Shown here one piece after another: positions 36,799 to 49,845 of a DNA stretch of 64,000 bases (position 1 is its first letter; each line of letters begins with the position of its first letter). A program made the position numbers and the translations under genes. The DNA is from Raja brachyura (lineage: Eukaryota), in NCBI GenBank assembly GCA_963514005.1, contig OY740796.1, positions 14,136,001 through 14,200,000 of the forward strand. The letters run 5' to 3'. The notes under the pieces are model-generated. The model searched no databases. It was not told the DNA's origin and saw only the letters and a list, made by a program, of their open reading frames with translations.

Positions 36799-38214
36799 GG
36801 GGATGCAGTAACCAGAAGTAATTTGGTGCCATTTTTTAAAAGCAGTGGATAACACATTGAAAAGTGAACAAATAAACTGAAGGTTAACAGCCAGCTCAAT
36901 CTTGCCTACCTGGTAGCATTTGAAAGGAGCCGAATATTTTATGGCCTTTGGGTCAGTACTTCTCTAAAAAATCAAGCTTTTGTGGAATGGTAAATGTGAA
37001 AGTGCTTAGCCCAAATCAAAATAGCATTAAGGTGTGTGTAAAATGCAAATGGCTTAAGAGCTATAAAGCTTTTCAGTGCTTCAGGTATACCTTATTTCCC
37101 TTTTGGAGACCTGTCCCAATAGTATGTACTCCCTTGAAAGGAGTATGTGAGCATTTGACAGAAGCCCTTATCTAAATGTCACCAGAATTTACTTTGCCAA
37201 ACTCTCTCATTAGACCAGCTGTTGAATTGCTGCTGCAACGATAACTTCTAAAAATAGGGGCCTATAAGTGGGAGAATGTTTTTGATTTCTTTTTTATTTT
37301 GCTATTAAATAGAAGCACTATTTGTGGAAATAAACTCCTCAGAATAAAATGTGAACAGATTGTGCACTGCATATAATCAAGAAGAAATCTTTAAATTATC
37401 TTATTTTTTCTTTAAATAGTTATAATTTAATGTACTTTAAAGTCTATTGAAAATATGGTAAATACACAATTCCACACCCTCAAAGTGCCCTAAACATTAG
37501 CAGTGACTTGGGGAAGCGGGACACGGCGACCTCAGCACACGGAAGTGGAGGGGCTGCTGTGGGAGACTGGTTGCAGTAGTCACAGGTTGTGGTGTTGGTG
37601 GAGATGGCCACTGGAGACCAAACGGCAGCTGTTGGGTGAGCAGATTGAGCACAGCTGCAAAGAGCGGCAGTGAAAGGAATCAATAGCATTGCGCGGGGCC
37701 AGACCGACCTGCACATCTTTGATCCAGTGCCAACAGGATACGGGGCCTGAAAGTGAGAAAATAACATTGCTTATCTACTTAGGCCAAAATTAGACTTTTC
37801 AGAGACTTGAGAATTAGAAGTTGCATGATGGTGCTGGAATGAGGCAACTCTTTGTGTGTTGTCCCAGAAGAGGATCTACTTACAATAATTTAGCTCTCTT
37901 TCTTGTGAGTGATAGTACACATGATTAGGATGATTTGACTGGATAGCACACATGGCAGCTTTTCATTGTGTCTTGGTACACATGACAATAATAAACAAAA
38001 CTAAACTAATCACCTTTAGGCTGTAAACTAGAAAAAATGTACAATTTCCTAATTTCTCTCCGCTCATATATCATTTTCCAGAACCATTCTTCTCTGCAGC
38101 AAAGTTTGTGGTCTGGGAAAAATGTGATTTTGTACTTCTCCCTCCCTACTTTGACCCACCCTCTTGCATGACTAATCATTTTCCTCTTAAGACCTTTAAT
38201 GTGGGATATATATT

Positions 38215-40610
38215 GGTTTATGATTGTTATGTGTACCAGCATACAGTGAAAAACATCTATTTTGCATGTCCAGTGAAAACATACCATACATGACTATATC
38301 AGTGGGTCCAAAAGAGAAAGTAAACAGTTCAGAATATAGTATTACAGAGAGAGAAAGTGTGGATAAAAAAAGCACGTGTCAGAATGAGAAAGATTGGAAG
38401 ATCGAGAAATTCACCCCTAGCATATGAGAAGCCTGTTCAAGTGTCTTAACAGTGGGGTAGAAGCTGTGCTTGTAATTGAGCTGATGCTCTGTACTTCCAA
38501 GCTTTTGTTCCTTCTGTCCCACGGGAGAGGGGAGAAGAGAGAATGACTAAGGTGCTTGGAACTTGATTATGTCGGCTGCCTTCCTGAGGCAGTGTGGCGT
38601 AGGGCGGGGGGTTGGTTTGTGCAATGGACTGGGCTGCATTTGCAACACTGATTTCCTGCAGTCTTGGAAAGAACAACTGCCTCACCAAATGTGATGCATT
38701 GGGATAGAATGCTTTCAGTGGTGCATCTGTAGAAAGTGGTAAGAGTCATTGGAGACGTGCTGAATTTCCTTAACCTTTATCAGACGTATGTGGCATTAGT
38801 GTGCTCTCTCGGCTGTGGCATTGATGTTGTTGGACAAGGACAAATTACTGTTGATATTTACACCAGGGAATTTGAATCTCTCGACCATCTCCAGTTCGGC
38901 TCCACTGATGCAGACTAGGATGTGTAACTCGCCCTGCTTCCTGAAGACAACCACATGTTCTGAGGCCACCATGTTCAGCTTTCCAAACTCACCACAAAAT
39001 TGTTGGCTTGACATCATGCTATTAAACTCTCTGTATCCTTCCTGTACTCATTGGTTGAAATTGGAACCACTGCAGTGGTGTCATCTGCAAACTTGCAAAT
39101 GGGTTTAGAGCCGGATTTGGCCACTCAATTGTGAATGTGTAGGGAATGTAGTATGGGGCTGAGAATACAGGCATGTGGGGTACTGATGTTGAGAATTATT
39201 GTTGCCTATCCTTACTGATTGCAGCCTATGGGTCAAGAAGTCAAGGATCTCATTGCAGAGGGCAGAGAAGAAGGGGAACTCAGGGGGGAGAGGTGATGAA
39301 ACCTAGTACCTAGATTCTAGTACAAGGAGTTTGGAGATGAGTTTGGTTAGAATTATGGTGTTGAAGGCAGTGTCATAGTCAATAAATAGGAGTCAGACTT
39401 GGGTGTCCAGATGATCCAGGGTTGAGTATAGGGCTAGGAAGATGGCATCTACAATGGACCTGTTGTGACGGTAGACAAATTGCAGTGGATCCAGGCTGTC
39501 TGCGAGGCTGGAGTTGATGTGCACGATGACCAGACACTCAAAGCTCTTCACGATAAAGGATGTTAGAGTCACTGATTGGTAGTCACTAAAGCATGCTAGC
39601 TTGTCATTCTTTGGCATTGGGGCAATAGTCTTAAAGCAGGTGGGAACCTCAGAGTAGGGAGAGGGTAAAGATGTCTGCAAATAATCCTGCCAGCTGGTCC
39701 GCACGTGTTTTAAGAGCACAGCTGGGGGTTCCATCTGGTCCAGTTGTTTTCTATGGATTCGTTCTTTGGAAGATCAATCTGACGTCAGTTTGGTGACTGT
39801 GGATGCAGGTGTTCTTAACGCTGTCAGAGCAAAGGATGTCATTCCTTCAACATTTTGAAAGTGAGCATAGAATGCATTGAGCTCGTTGGCAAAGGGTCCA
39901 TTTTTGCTATTGATTCTGTCCGACTTTGCTTTGTAGCCTGTTATAGCATGCACTTATGTCTGTGTGGTTGGTTTGGAACTCTAGCTTGATTTGCAATTGT
40001 CTCTTGGCATCACTGATGGCTTTGCAAAGATCATGCAGCGATTTCTTGTACAGATTGGGATAACCCGACAAGAACACCTCAGACTTGGTCATTACTAGGG
40101 AATGGATTTCATGGTTCATACGTGTTTTTCGGTTGGGGAACGCTCAGATTTACTCTTTGGCATGGAATCCTCTACACACTTACTGTTGAAGTCTGTGATG
40201 ACAGTGGTGTACTCGTTTAGTTAGGCCAGGTGGGGGAATGTAGTGGTAGGTGCCTTTGACAGTTGCATAGCAGTGGTTGAGGGCCCCTGGTGGGAAAGAG
40301 ACCTATTGATAGTATTGAGGTAGCGCAATCTTGAGGTTGACCTGGTTGAAGTCACTGGCTATGATAAGTAAGGCTTTGGAGTACTTTGTTTCAAAGCTAT
40401 TGTGAGTTGTGAAGAGTATGCTTCATGTCCACATGGGGTGAGAGAGAAACTAAAGTCAGGATAGCTGAAGTAAATTCTCGCAGCAGGTAGTAGGAACAGC
40501 AGTTTACCTTTGGAGATGCTTGGTCTGGGGAGCAGGAGCTCACAGGACTGCTATGCCCGAGCTCCACAGAGTGTTGATTAGGAAGCGGACCCCTCCATCT
40601 CTTACCTTGC
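38215..40610 (-). mobile_element. Degraded Rex1/Babar-like LINE (EN-to-RT remnants)
   Basis: VPTCFK..PMPK..Y.SVTLTS.IVKSFE.LV..LDPLQF.YRHNRS..DAI..ALYSTLDHLD; KFADDT; ERFKFPGVNI; TTFYRCTTESIL. Confidence 0.85.
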
Positions 40611-41433
40611 TCGAGTCGTTATTTTAATTATCATTGACAGTACGTTAGGATTAAATGTAAAATGTGACAAGGTGTCATGTCAAATAGAGAAAATAGAATG
40701 TTTTTAGTTAGCGGGTTTTTACTCCAGCATTTTGTGTCTATCTTTGATATAAACCAGCATCTGCAGTTCCTTCCTACAAATAATGGCTATTTTGATGGAA
40801 ATTTATCCGGAATGCTGCTGGAGAAATATTCTCAGTTCAGTGGAACATTTTGCCACCATACTTTATGCGCCCTTCTTTTAAAATGTATTATTCTATCCAC
40901 ACTACAACAGAATATGTGGCAACAGGATTGGGCAAAATGTTCCACTGAACTGAGAATATTTCTCCAGCAGCATTCCGGATAAATTTCCATCAAAATAGCC
41001 ATTATTTGTAGGAAGGAACTGCAGATGCTGGTTTATATCAAAGATAGACACAAAATGCTGGAGTAAAAACCCGCTAACTAAAAACATTCTATTTTCTCTA
41101 TATGACATGACACCTTGTCACATTTTACATTTAATCCTAACGTACTGTCAATGATAATTAAAATAACGACTCGAGCAAGGTAAGAGATGGAGGGGTCCGC
41201 TTCCTAATCAACACTTTGTGGAGCTCGGGCATAGCAGTCCTGTGAGCTCCTGCTCCCCAGACCAAGCATCTCCAAAGGTAAACTGCTGTTCCTACTACCT
41301 GCTGCGAGAATTTACTTCAGCTATCCTGACTTTAGTTTCTCTCTCACCCCATGTGGACATGAAGCATACTCTTCACAACTCACAATAGCTTTGAAACAAA
41401 GTACTCCAAAGCCTTACTTATCATAGCCAGTGA
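40352..41433. repeat. Long inverted repeat: arms 40352-40854 and 40931-41433 (503 bp each), 76-bp spacer
   Basis: Arms are equal-length reverse complements with only 2 mismatches seen by eye; mirror ORFs MSNRENR.../MSYRENR... in the ORF track. Confidence 0.97.
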
Positions 41434-41448
41434 TAATGGTATTTTGAT

Positions 41449-41660
41449 AATTCTGTATCTCTGCCACATAAGGCAGTGGAGGCCAATTCACTAAATGTTT
41501 TCAAGAGAGAGTTAGATTTAGCTCTTTGGGCTAAAGGAATCAAGGGATATGGGGGGAAAAGCAGGAACAGGGTGCTGATTTTAGATGATCAGCCATGTTC
41601 ATAATGAATGGCTCGAAGGGCAGAATGGCCTATTCCTGCACCTAATTTTCTGTTTCTATG
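41449..41660 (+). mobile_element. 5'-truncated CR1 tail abutting the right arm of the inverted repeat
   Basis: CTCTGCCACATAAGGCAGTGGAGGCC...GAATGGCCTATTCCTGCACCTAATTTTCTG. Confidence 0.85.
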
Positions 41661-43711
41661 GCTAATAACAGCAGGAGTATGTTTGCTAGAAAGTGCCAAA
41701 TTTAAGCATTGGCCTGGCATTTTGCTTTGTAGAACAATGATTAACCTCAGTTTAATCTCTATCAGGGATTGAAACATTCTAAGCAAAAAATTAACCATGA
41801 ACATTATTTCCCAGCACCTAATGTTGCTTTAAGCATGAAATACAGCAATAGTGATCTCCAGCTACTTGTGGCATGATTTGAATTTGTTGTCATTAATATC
41901 ATTGGGCTTCTTTCATTATCAATCCAGCATCACACACTTCCAATTCAAATTTTGTAATAAAAAGGTAGTGAATATCAACTTTATTCTTACCATTGCATTC
42001 AACAGACAGTTTTTAAATTGCAGAAATGTTTTTATGAAACTTGCATTTGGCCATTTATTGAACAAAATTATGTGTTATCAGAGATTTTACTTTTATTAGG
42101 TTATAACCTGGTTTTCACTTACTTGAATACCTACACTAGATTGAGAAGATGGAGAGGTGGGACTGGAGCAAATCTCTGGTGAGGATTGGGGGAAGGGGTA
42201 ACTGGCAGGTAGGGGAGCTGTCAAGGATAGCTGTAGAGTCAGGTACAATTACAACATTTTGATAGGAACACAGACAATTACAATTTAGAAAGATATGGGC
42301 CAAACACAGACTGATTGGACCAGCGCAGATTGGCATCTTGGTCAGCATGGACCCAGTTTGCTGAAGGGCATGTTTCAATGCTGTATAACGCTGATTAATT
42401 AAGGGCAGGGTGTTATTAAACTAGTGCTTTTAACTCAACCATTCAGAGATTTTCATGAACCAAGTTTGCACAATGCAGTGGATGCCCGCAGCCACGCAAC
42501 GGCTGGTAAATCCATCCCGTCGGTCTCTCAAATGCGTGTTTGTATATACGGGCTGTACATAAGTCAGGTGTCCATAACCTGGGCAGGACCTGTATTCTAA
42601 ATTAATCTACGTTTGTAGTTCGTAAATGAACTGTGATGGTTAATGTTTGTGCATAATTTCTTCTGTATTTGAGATAAATCCCTGCCCTAGGAAGCAATTA
42701 CGAAGCTGGTTGTTTGTCTGCAAATTTTGAGTTAGTTTGATATGGGTGTGCCAAGGTACAGTGTTGCGATACCTCTTAATTTGCTTGAAGTACGTCATCA
42801 AAGCTTATGAAATATTCATAAAATCAGTGCCAAGGCTTAGTTCTTCATGCTGTTCTTTCAGTATTAGATTTTGTAATCAAAGTTAATAATGGTTACAGTT
42901 CCTTTTTGGTTGAAGTGAAAGTGCTGGCCTATTTAATCATGAATATGATACCAGAAATACAATTTTCTATGCACTAATACCTCACTTGGCACAAAGAAAC
43001 GTCTCCAGGAAAGAGAGTGTTAATGGAATCACCACTAAAATGTATTATTATAGCACCACACACAGAGAAAGGCAGACAGTGTTCCCGTGGTTGCTGGTTG
43101 TTGAGCTTGTTCCATTAAGAAATCTTGGCTAAGAAGAGCAATGCAGCCAAAAGTAGAGAAGAGAGAAAGCAATTTCCACCATCATTTTTAACAGAAAGAT
43201 TTCAGGATCCAGACACAGCACACAGGGCAGCCACTGCCTGTCCCCAACAATGAGATGGCCCTGCTGTGGCAGGTCAATATTTAGTTCATCATTTTATGTT
43301 TTATGTATCGAGGAAAAAATATTGGCCACAAAAGCAGAAACTTCATATCTTTGCAATACTAATTAAACTTGAGCATCTACCCATGTACATCCTCTGTATG
43401 ATGCCTTATCTGGAGTTTAGATCCCAAATACAACATTCTAGCAAAACTGTGCTGAAAGATCAGGCTGGATAATGTGATCAAATTCAATAGGGAGAGAAAG
43501 AATTAAAACAAAACAGCACCCCAGCTGTTACCTGTACGAGATAAAAAAAACTGACCACAATATGACCACAGAAATTTGAGGAAAGTGATACCGAGATTAA
43601 AAAATCAACCACAGTTTTACTGAATAGCCGAATGGCAGGAGCGAGTGAATGGTCTACACATGCTTCTTTTTTTTAATGTATAGGCAATCATTGATTAGTG
43701 CAGGCATCAGA

Positions 43712-44850
43712 AGGCTTTCGACAAAGTCCCACATAAGAGATTAGTATGCAAACGTAAAGCACACAGTATTGGGGGTTCAGTATTGATGTGGACAGAGAAC
43801 TGGATGGCAGACAGGAAACAAAGAGTAGGAGTAAACAGGTCCTTTTCAGAATGGCAGGCAGTGACTAATGGTACCGCAAGGGACCCCAGCTATTTACAAT
43901 ATAAATGATTTGGATGAAGGAATTGAATGCAACATCTCCAAGTTTGCGGATGACACGAAGCTGGGGGGCAGTGTTAGCTGTGAGGAGGATGCTAAGAGGC
44001 TGCAAGGTGACTAGGATAGGTTGGGTGAGTGGGCAAATGCATGGCAGATGCAGTTTAATGTGGATAAATGTGAGGTTATCCATTTTGGTGGCAAGAACAG
44101 GAAAGAAGACTATTATCTGAATGGTGGCCGATTAGGAAAAGGGGAGATACAACGAGACCTGGGTGTCATGGTGCACCAGTCATTGAAAGTAGTGCAGCAG
44201 GCAGTGAAGAAAGCGATTGGCATGTTAGCATTCATAGCAAAAGGATTTGAGTATAGGGGCAGGGAGGTTCTACTGCAGTTGTACAGGGCCTTTGTGAGAC
44301 CACACCTGGAGTATTGCATACAGTTTTGGTCTCCCAATCTGAGGAAAGACATTCTTGCCATAGAGGGAGTACAGAGAAGGTTCACCAGACTGATTTCTGG
44401 GATGGCAGGACTTTCATATGAAGAAAGACTGGATAGACTCGGCTTGTACTCGCTAGAATTTAGAAGATTGAGGGGGGATCTTATAGAAACTTACAAAATT
44501 CTTAAGGGGTTGGATAGGCTAGATGCAAGAAGATTGTTCCAGATGTTGGGGAAGTCCAGAACAAGGGGTCACAGTTTAAGGATAAGGGGAAGTCTTTTAG
44601 GAATGAGATGAGAGAAAAAATCTTCACACAGAGTGGTAAATCTGTGGAATTCTCTGCCACAGAAAGTAGTTGAGCCCAGTTCATTGGCTGTTTTTAAGAG
44701 TGAGTTAGATGTGGCCTTTGTGGCTAGAGGGATCGGGGGGTATGGAGAGAAGGCAGGTACAGGATACTGAGTTGGATGATCAGCCATGATCATATTGAAT
44801 GGCTCGAAGGGCCGAATGGCCTACTCCTGCACCTATTTTCTATGTTTCTA
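43712..44850 (+). mobile_element. Relatively young CR1 LINE 3' ~1.1 kb (RT), inserted in an older CR1 tail (TSD ATCAGA)
   Basis: [69 protein letters not shown]; frameshifts present; (TTTCTATG) tail. Confidence 0.93.
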
Positions 44851-45089
44851 TCAGAGGTTATGGAGAGAAGGCAGGAGAATAGGAGGGAAAGATAGATTAG
44901 CCATGATTGAATGGTGGAGTAGACTTGATGGGATGAATGGACAAATTCTACTCCTATTCCTTATGACCATATAATCAGATGTGCAATTTTTCTGTTATGT
45001 TTCATGTAGTTGCTTATTTTCTGAACTAGCAGGTTAAGTGTTAAAGATTGAAGCAAGCTGTCAGGGAGGGAAATGAATTAAAAGGTACA

Positions 45090-45528
45090 CAGTAAAACTC
45101 CAATAATCCAGCACCTGCTGGACTTTAATGGTGCTGGAGTAGCATGTTCTCTCGACTGTTGGATATTGCTCCTATGAATACACCAACACACTTTTAATTC
45201 ATTTTTTTAAATGTTCCACAATGGTACAATTATTTTCCCAGTGAGCTAGGTGATTTTAAAGGGGGCACGTAGAATAGACACCCCAGTGAGTTTAAAAGGA
45301 GCTCGGGGATAAAGCCTCTTGAGCTTAAAAGGAGTGTGGGAAAAGGTCTCCATTGATTGTAATGGGTGCTTGGGAATACGGACCCCAATATATTTAAAGG
45401 GATCCTTGGTGAACCAAATGTCAAACAGCAGGTTTCCACACAAAGGACAGGTGTTATTGGAGTTTTGCTGTGGGATACATATTTTTGGTGTTTTGCTGTA
45501 GGAAAAGTATTATTGGAGTTTTGTTGTA
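45090..45528. mobile_element. Tigger/pogo-like MITE
   Basis: Left TIR CAGTAAAACTCCAATAAT; reverse-complement copies at ~45454-45470 and ~45509-45526. Confidence 0.6.
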
Positions 45529-45867
45529 GTTGGGCATGATTTGAAATGAATCAAATCTCTCAATGTTGGACTCAAAACGGTCATCATAAATAGGGCTATT
45601 TTCTGGTGCTGAAGTATTCATTGAGAAGCTCTGTGTGTTTAGTCTCACCCATAACACTGTGGGATCATTTCACTTTCTGAATGTACTTAAATCACATTCT
45701 GCACTTATCAAATAGTAGACACAGACATAATGATCAATATGCATAATAACTATTCTTAAAGTTGATATATCACAGCTAAGAAGGCCAGCTGTATAAATTG
45801 AAGCTAACTTTCCATTGAGTTGCCATAGTATTCCTTGCATGATCCTGTGCAGCACCTTCTTATGTAC

Positions 45868-46138
45868 TTTAGTTTAGTTTAGAGATACAGTGTGGAAACA
45901 GGCCCTTCAGCCCACCGAATCCGTGCCGACCAGCGATCACTGCATATTAATACTATCCTACTCACACTAGGACAATTTACATTTATATGAAGCCAATTAA
46001 CCTACAAACCTGTACATCTTTGGAGTGTGGTCGGAAACCAGAGAACCCAAAGAAAACTCATACAGGTCACGGGGAGAACGTACAAACTCCATACAGACAG
46101 CTCCCTTAGTCAGGATCGAACCCGGGTCTCTGGCGCTG
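45868..46138 (-). mobile_element. tRNA-derived V-type (HE1-like) SINE
   Basis: Minus-strand B-box GGGTTCGATCC, V-domain-like core, CR1-like tail and (CTAAA)n end. Confidence 0.8.
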
Positions 46139-46476
46139 GGTTCTTGTATTGCAAAGTCTATTCCAAAGACTTGAACCTCAGAGGAAAAAAATGGTTTATT
46201 CTATATTATGCGTGGGTATTGTGTTTTTCAGGCCTGTGATTATTAATTTATTGATTTTTTATGAGTGTTTAATGGACCGACAACAAAACAATGAAGTTCT
46301 TATTTAGAGCAACATAACAGGCCTGAAAAACACAATACCCACACATAGAATAAACCAACAAAAAAATCAATAAATTAATAATCACAATACTAATGCAAAA
46401 TACTCATAGTCTTAAGTACAACAAAGACAGTCCATAGAAATTCATATTTGGGGCTAGTGCTGTATAGTATAGCTCT

Positions 46477-46616
46477 GGGGATCAGAGGGTATGGAGAGAA
46501 GGCAGGTACGGGATACTGAGTTGGATGATCAGCCATGATCATATTGAATGGCGGTGCAGGCTCGAAGGGCCGAATGGCCTATTCCTGCACCTAATTTCTA
46601 TGTTTCTATGTTTCTA
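46477..46616 (+). mobile_element. Young CR1 tail
   Basis: Appears identical over ~135 bp to 12375-12510. Confidence 0.85.
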
Positions 46617-48214
46617 TTCACGAGCCGGATGGTTGTTGGGAAGAAGCTATTTAGCCTGCTGGTAATGTTTATAGATTCCCATACCTTCTTTCCAATGGTA
46701 GGAGTGGCATGAGAGCATGGCCAGAGTGATGTGGGTCCTTGATTATATTGGTTGGCCTTTTGAACCAGCGCCTCCTATGGATAGACACAAAATGCTGGAG
46801 TAATTCAGCGGGACAGGCAGCATCTCAGGAGAGAAGGAATGGGTGACGTTTCAGATCGAAATTTTACCCTCCTACAGATCCCTTCGATGGTGGCGAGGTC
46901 ATTACCTCTGATGGACCGGGCAGTGTCTTTGGCAATTCTGTAACCAATATTCATAACTCTAATATTCAACAGCAATCGCATAGCTGAATTTGTAGAGAAA
47001 TAAACTTGGTTGGCAGAAACCTTTGTGAACTTTCATCAGCACCTATCTATCAGAATTGTTTAAAGGAAAATATTATTCTCAGTTGCAAGATAGCTCCTAT
47101 ATTAAATTGTCTTCTTGTGGGAGAATCTCCATCTTCGGATCACTATTTAAAAAAGGAGGTAACAGATGAGTCTTTTTCCTCTGAGGTGCAAGTCTTTGGA
47201 ATTGACTTCCTCAAAGAGTGATGAAATTAGAGTCTTAATATTTTTAAAGCAGAGGTAGATATTTGATAGGTGGATCTGGGAGGAAAGGAATGTGGAGTTG
47301 CAGTTACAATCAGATCAGTCTCGCTAAGTTTGAGAAGTAGAATGCCATACGCCTGATAATTTTATAAAGTTGGCAACTCTTCCAGCCAGGAAACAGACCC
47401 TTCAGATCTCCAACCCTGTGTCCATCATAAAATATCCATACATTGTGAATAAACTAATTCCAATTATTCCTGCAATGCTCCAATAAACACCCCATCAATT
47501 CCATCCCCCACCTAAACTCTAGGGCATTTTGCAGTGACTAATAAGCTGCAGCTTTTTGGGATCTGGAAGGAAAACCATGTGGTCACAAGGCTCGCGTGTA
47601 GGACAGACAGCACCAGAGGTCAGGATTGAATCTGTGAGGCAAAGGCTCAATAGGCTGTGCCATTGTGACATCCCATGATATGATAATATAAGAAAGTTAT
47701 TGTTGAGTTTTATAAGATCAAGCAAGTTCTCAAAAACAAATATCCTTGTTAGGAAGTTAAATGACAGTTTTATAGTTGGATTAGAGAAAATGATATTTTG
47801 ATAATTCAAATGGAGGTAGGCTGGAGTGAGTCAACACATAGGTGTGTGAAGTCATAGTTTTTGTATTTATTTGGCTAATCTGCATGAATTGCCAGCCAAT
47901 GATGCTTCTCAGCATATTGATGGTGTGGGGTTTAGTGATGGTAATGCCAATGAATCAAAATTAGGTGGTTAGAATTTATCTTGTGGGAGATGGTCATTTC
48001 TGCCACTATTTGGTCTGTTAATGTTATTTACCATTTATCAGCAGATGGTTAAATGTTGTCTTGCTCTTGCTGCATCCAGGCATTAACAGTTTCATTTGCC
48101 GAGTTGTTATGAATGGAATTGAACATTATGCAATCAATAGATATAACCATTTGTATAATGGAAGGAAGCAGCAGAAAATAGGTACCATAACTTGCTTCCG
48201 AAGTAATCTCCTGG

Positions 48215-49010
48215 ATGAATGTGGAGTTATGCATTTTGGTGGTAGGAATTAAGGCGTAGACTACTTTCAAGATGACAGGAGAGAGTTCAGAAATCGGAGG
48301 AGCAAAAGGACTTTGGAGTGCTGGTGTAGGATTCCCCAAAAGTTAATTTGCAAGTCAAATTTGTAGTAAGGAAGGTAAATGCAATTATTTATTTCGGGAG
48401 GACTAGAATATAAGCACTGGGATGTAGGGCCAAGGCTTTATAAGGCACTAGTCAGACTGCATTTGGAGTATTGTGAGAAGTTTTGGGCCCCATATCTAGG
48501 AACGTATGCACTGACATTGGAGGTAGTTTATGAGGAGGTTTACAAGAATGATCCCAGGAATGATTGGGTTAACATATGATGAGCGTTTGACGACACTGGG
48601 CCTGTACCCACTGGAGTTTAGAAGGATGAAGGGAATCCTCATTTAAACTTACTAAATAGTGAAAGGCCTGGATAGAGTGGATGTGGAGAGGATGTTTCCA
48701 CTAGTGGGAGAGTCTAGGCCCAGAGACCACAGCCTAAGAATAAAAGGATGTACCTTTCGAAAGGCTATGAGGAGGAATTTATTTTGTCAGATGGTGAATC
48801 TGGAATTCATTGCCACTGTCGGCTGTGGAGGCCAAGTCAATGTATATTTTTAAGGTGCAGATTGACAAATTCTTGATTAGTAATTGTGTCAGGTGTTATG
48901 GGGAGAAGGCAACAGAATGGGGTTGAGAGGGAAAGATAGGTCAGCCATGATTGAATGGTGAAGTAGACTTGATGGACCGAATGTCCTAATTCTGCTCGTA
49001 TAACATATGA
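48215..49010 (+). mobile_element. CR1 LINE 3' fragment
   Basis: LYKALVRLHLEYCEKFWAPYL; KGLDRVDVERMFPLVGESR. Confidence 0.88.
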
Positions 49011-49551
49011 GCTTTTGATTGACTCTGACAACCCCAACCATCTTAACATTTGTGAAAGTTGTGACTCCAACCCTTCTAGTACTTTATCTTTGGTGAGCAT
49101 TGATATTAGTTTTATCAGAGCTCCATAATGTTGCATGGTCAGGTGATATATCGATGGTTGACATGTCATCGCAACTCCCTCTGGAATTCAGCTTATTGGT
49201 CCATGTTTGAATCACGGCTGTGATGCAGTCTATTGCTAGGTAGTCCTGCAAATCCTAAACTAGACAGTGGTAATCAGTTTAATGTGAATGAATGTCGTCT
49301 GATTGCAACATTTATGACACCTTCTATTACTTTTTGGATAATAGACTAATTGGGTGGTAATTGATTGGATTGGTCTTGCATTTTACTTGGTAGGATATTC
49401 TTACAATTTTCCACATTGTTGGGTAATTGCCAATAATGTGACTTTACAGAAATAGCTTTGCTGGAGGTGCAGCTTGTTTTGGAGTGCATGTCTTCAGTAC
49501 AGTATTTGGAATGTTTTCTGGGCACATAGCCGTTGCTTTTTCCAAACTCAG

Positions 49552-49845
49552 TTTAGTTTATTTTAGATTAGACATACAGCGCGGAAAGAAGTCCTTTGGC
49601 CCACCAAGTCTGCACCAACCAGCAATACCCGCACATTAATACTCTTCTACACACACTGGGACAATTTACACTTATACCAAGCCGTCTTTGGTGTGTGGGA
49701 GGAAACCGAAGATCCCGGAGAAAACACATGCGGTCATGGGGCGAACTTACATACTCTGTACAGACAGAATCCTTAGTCGGGATCGAACTCGGGTCTCCGG
49801 CGCTGCAAGTGTTGTAAGGACGCAACTGTGTCACTGTGCTGCCCT
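49552..49845 (-). mobile_element. Near full-length tRNA-derived V-type SINE
   Basis: Minus-strand head GGGCAGCACAGTG..., B-box GAGTTCGATCCC, core GGTTTCCTCCCACACACCAAAGAC, CR1-like tail. Confidence 0.82.

Noticed and set aside
37495-37760. GC-rich patch as a coding exon
   Set aside because: No recognisable peptide or clean splice pair; more likely a transposon 5' remnant
40677-41108. Pair of paralogous ORFs MSNRENR/MSYRENR
   Set aside because: Mirror translation of the inverted duplication; not coding
44021-44611. 196-aa ORF as a host gene
   Set aside because: CR1 ORF2 fragment flanked by frameshifts
49760-49845. tRNA gene
   Set aside because: The B-box belongs to a SINE head; no cloverleaf
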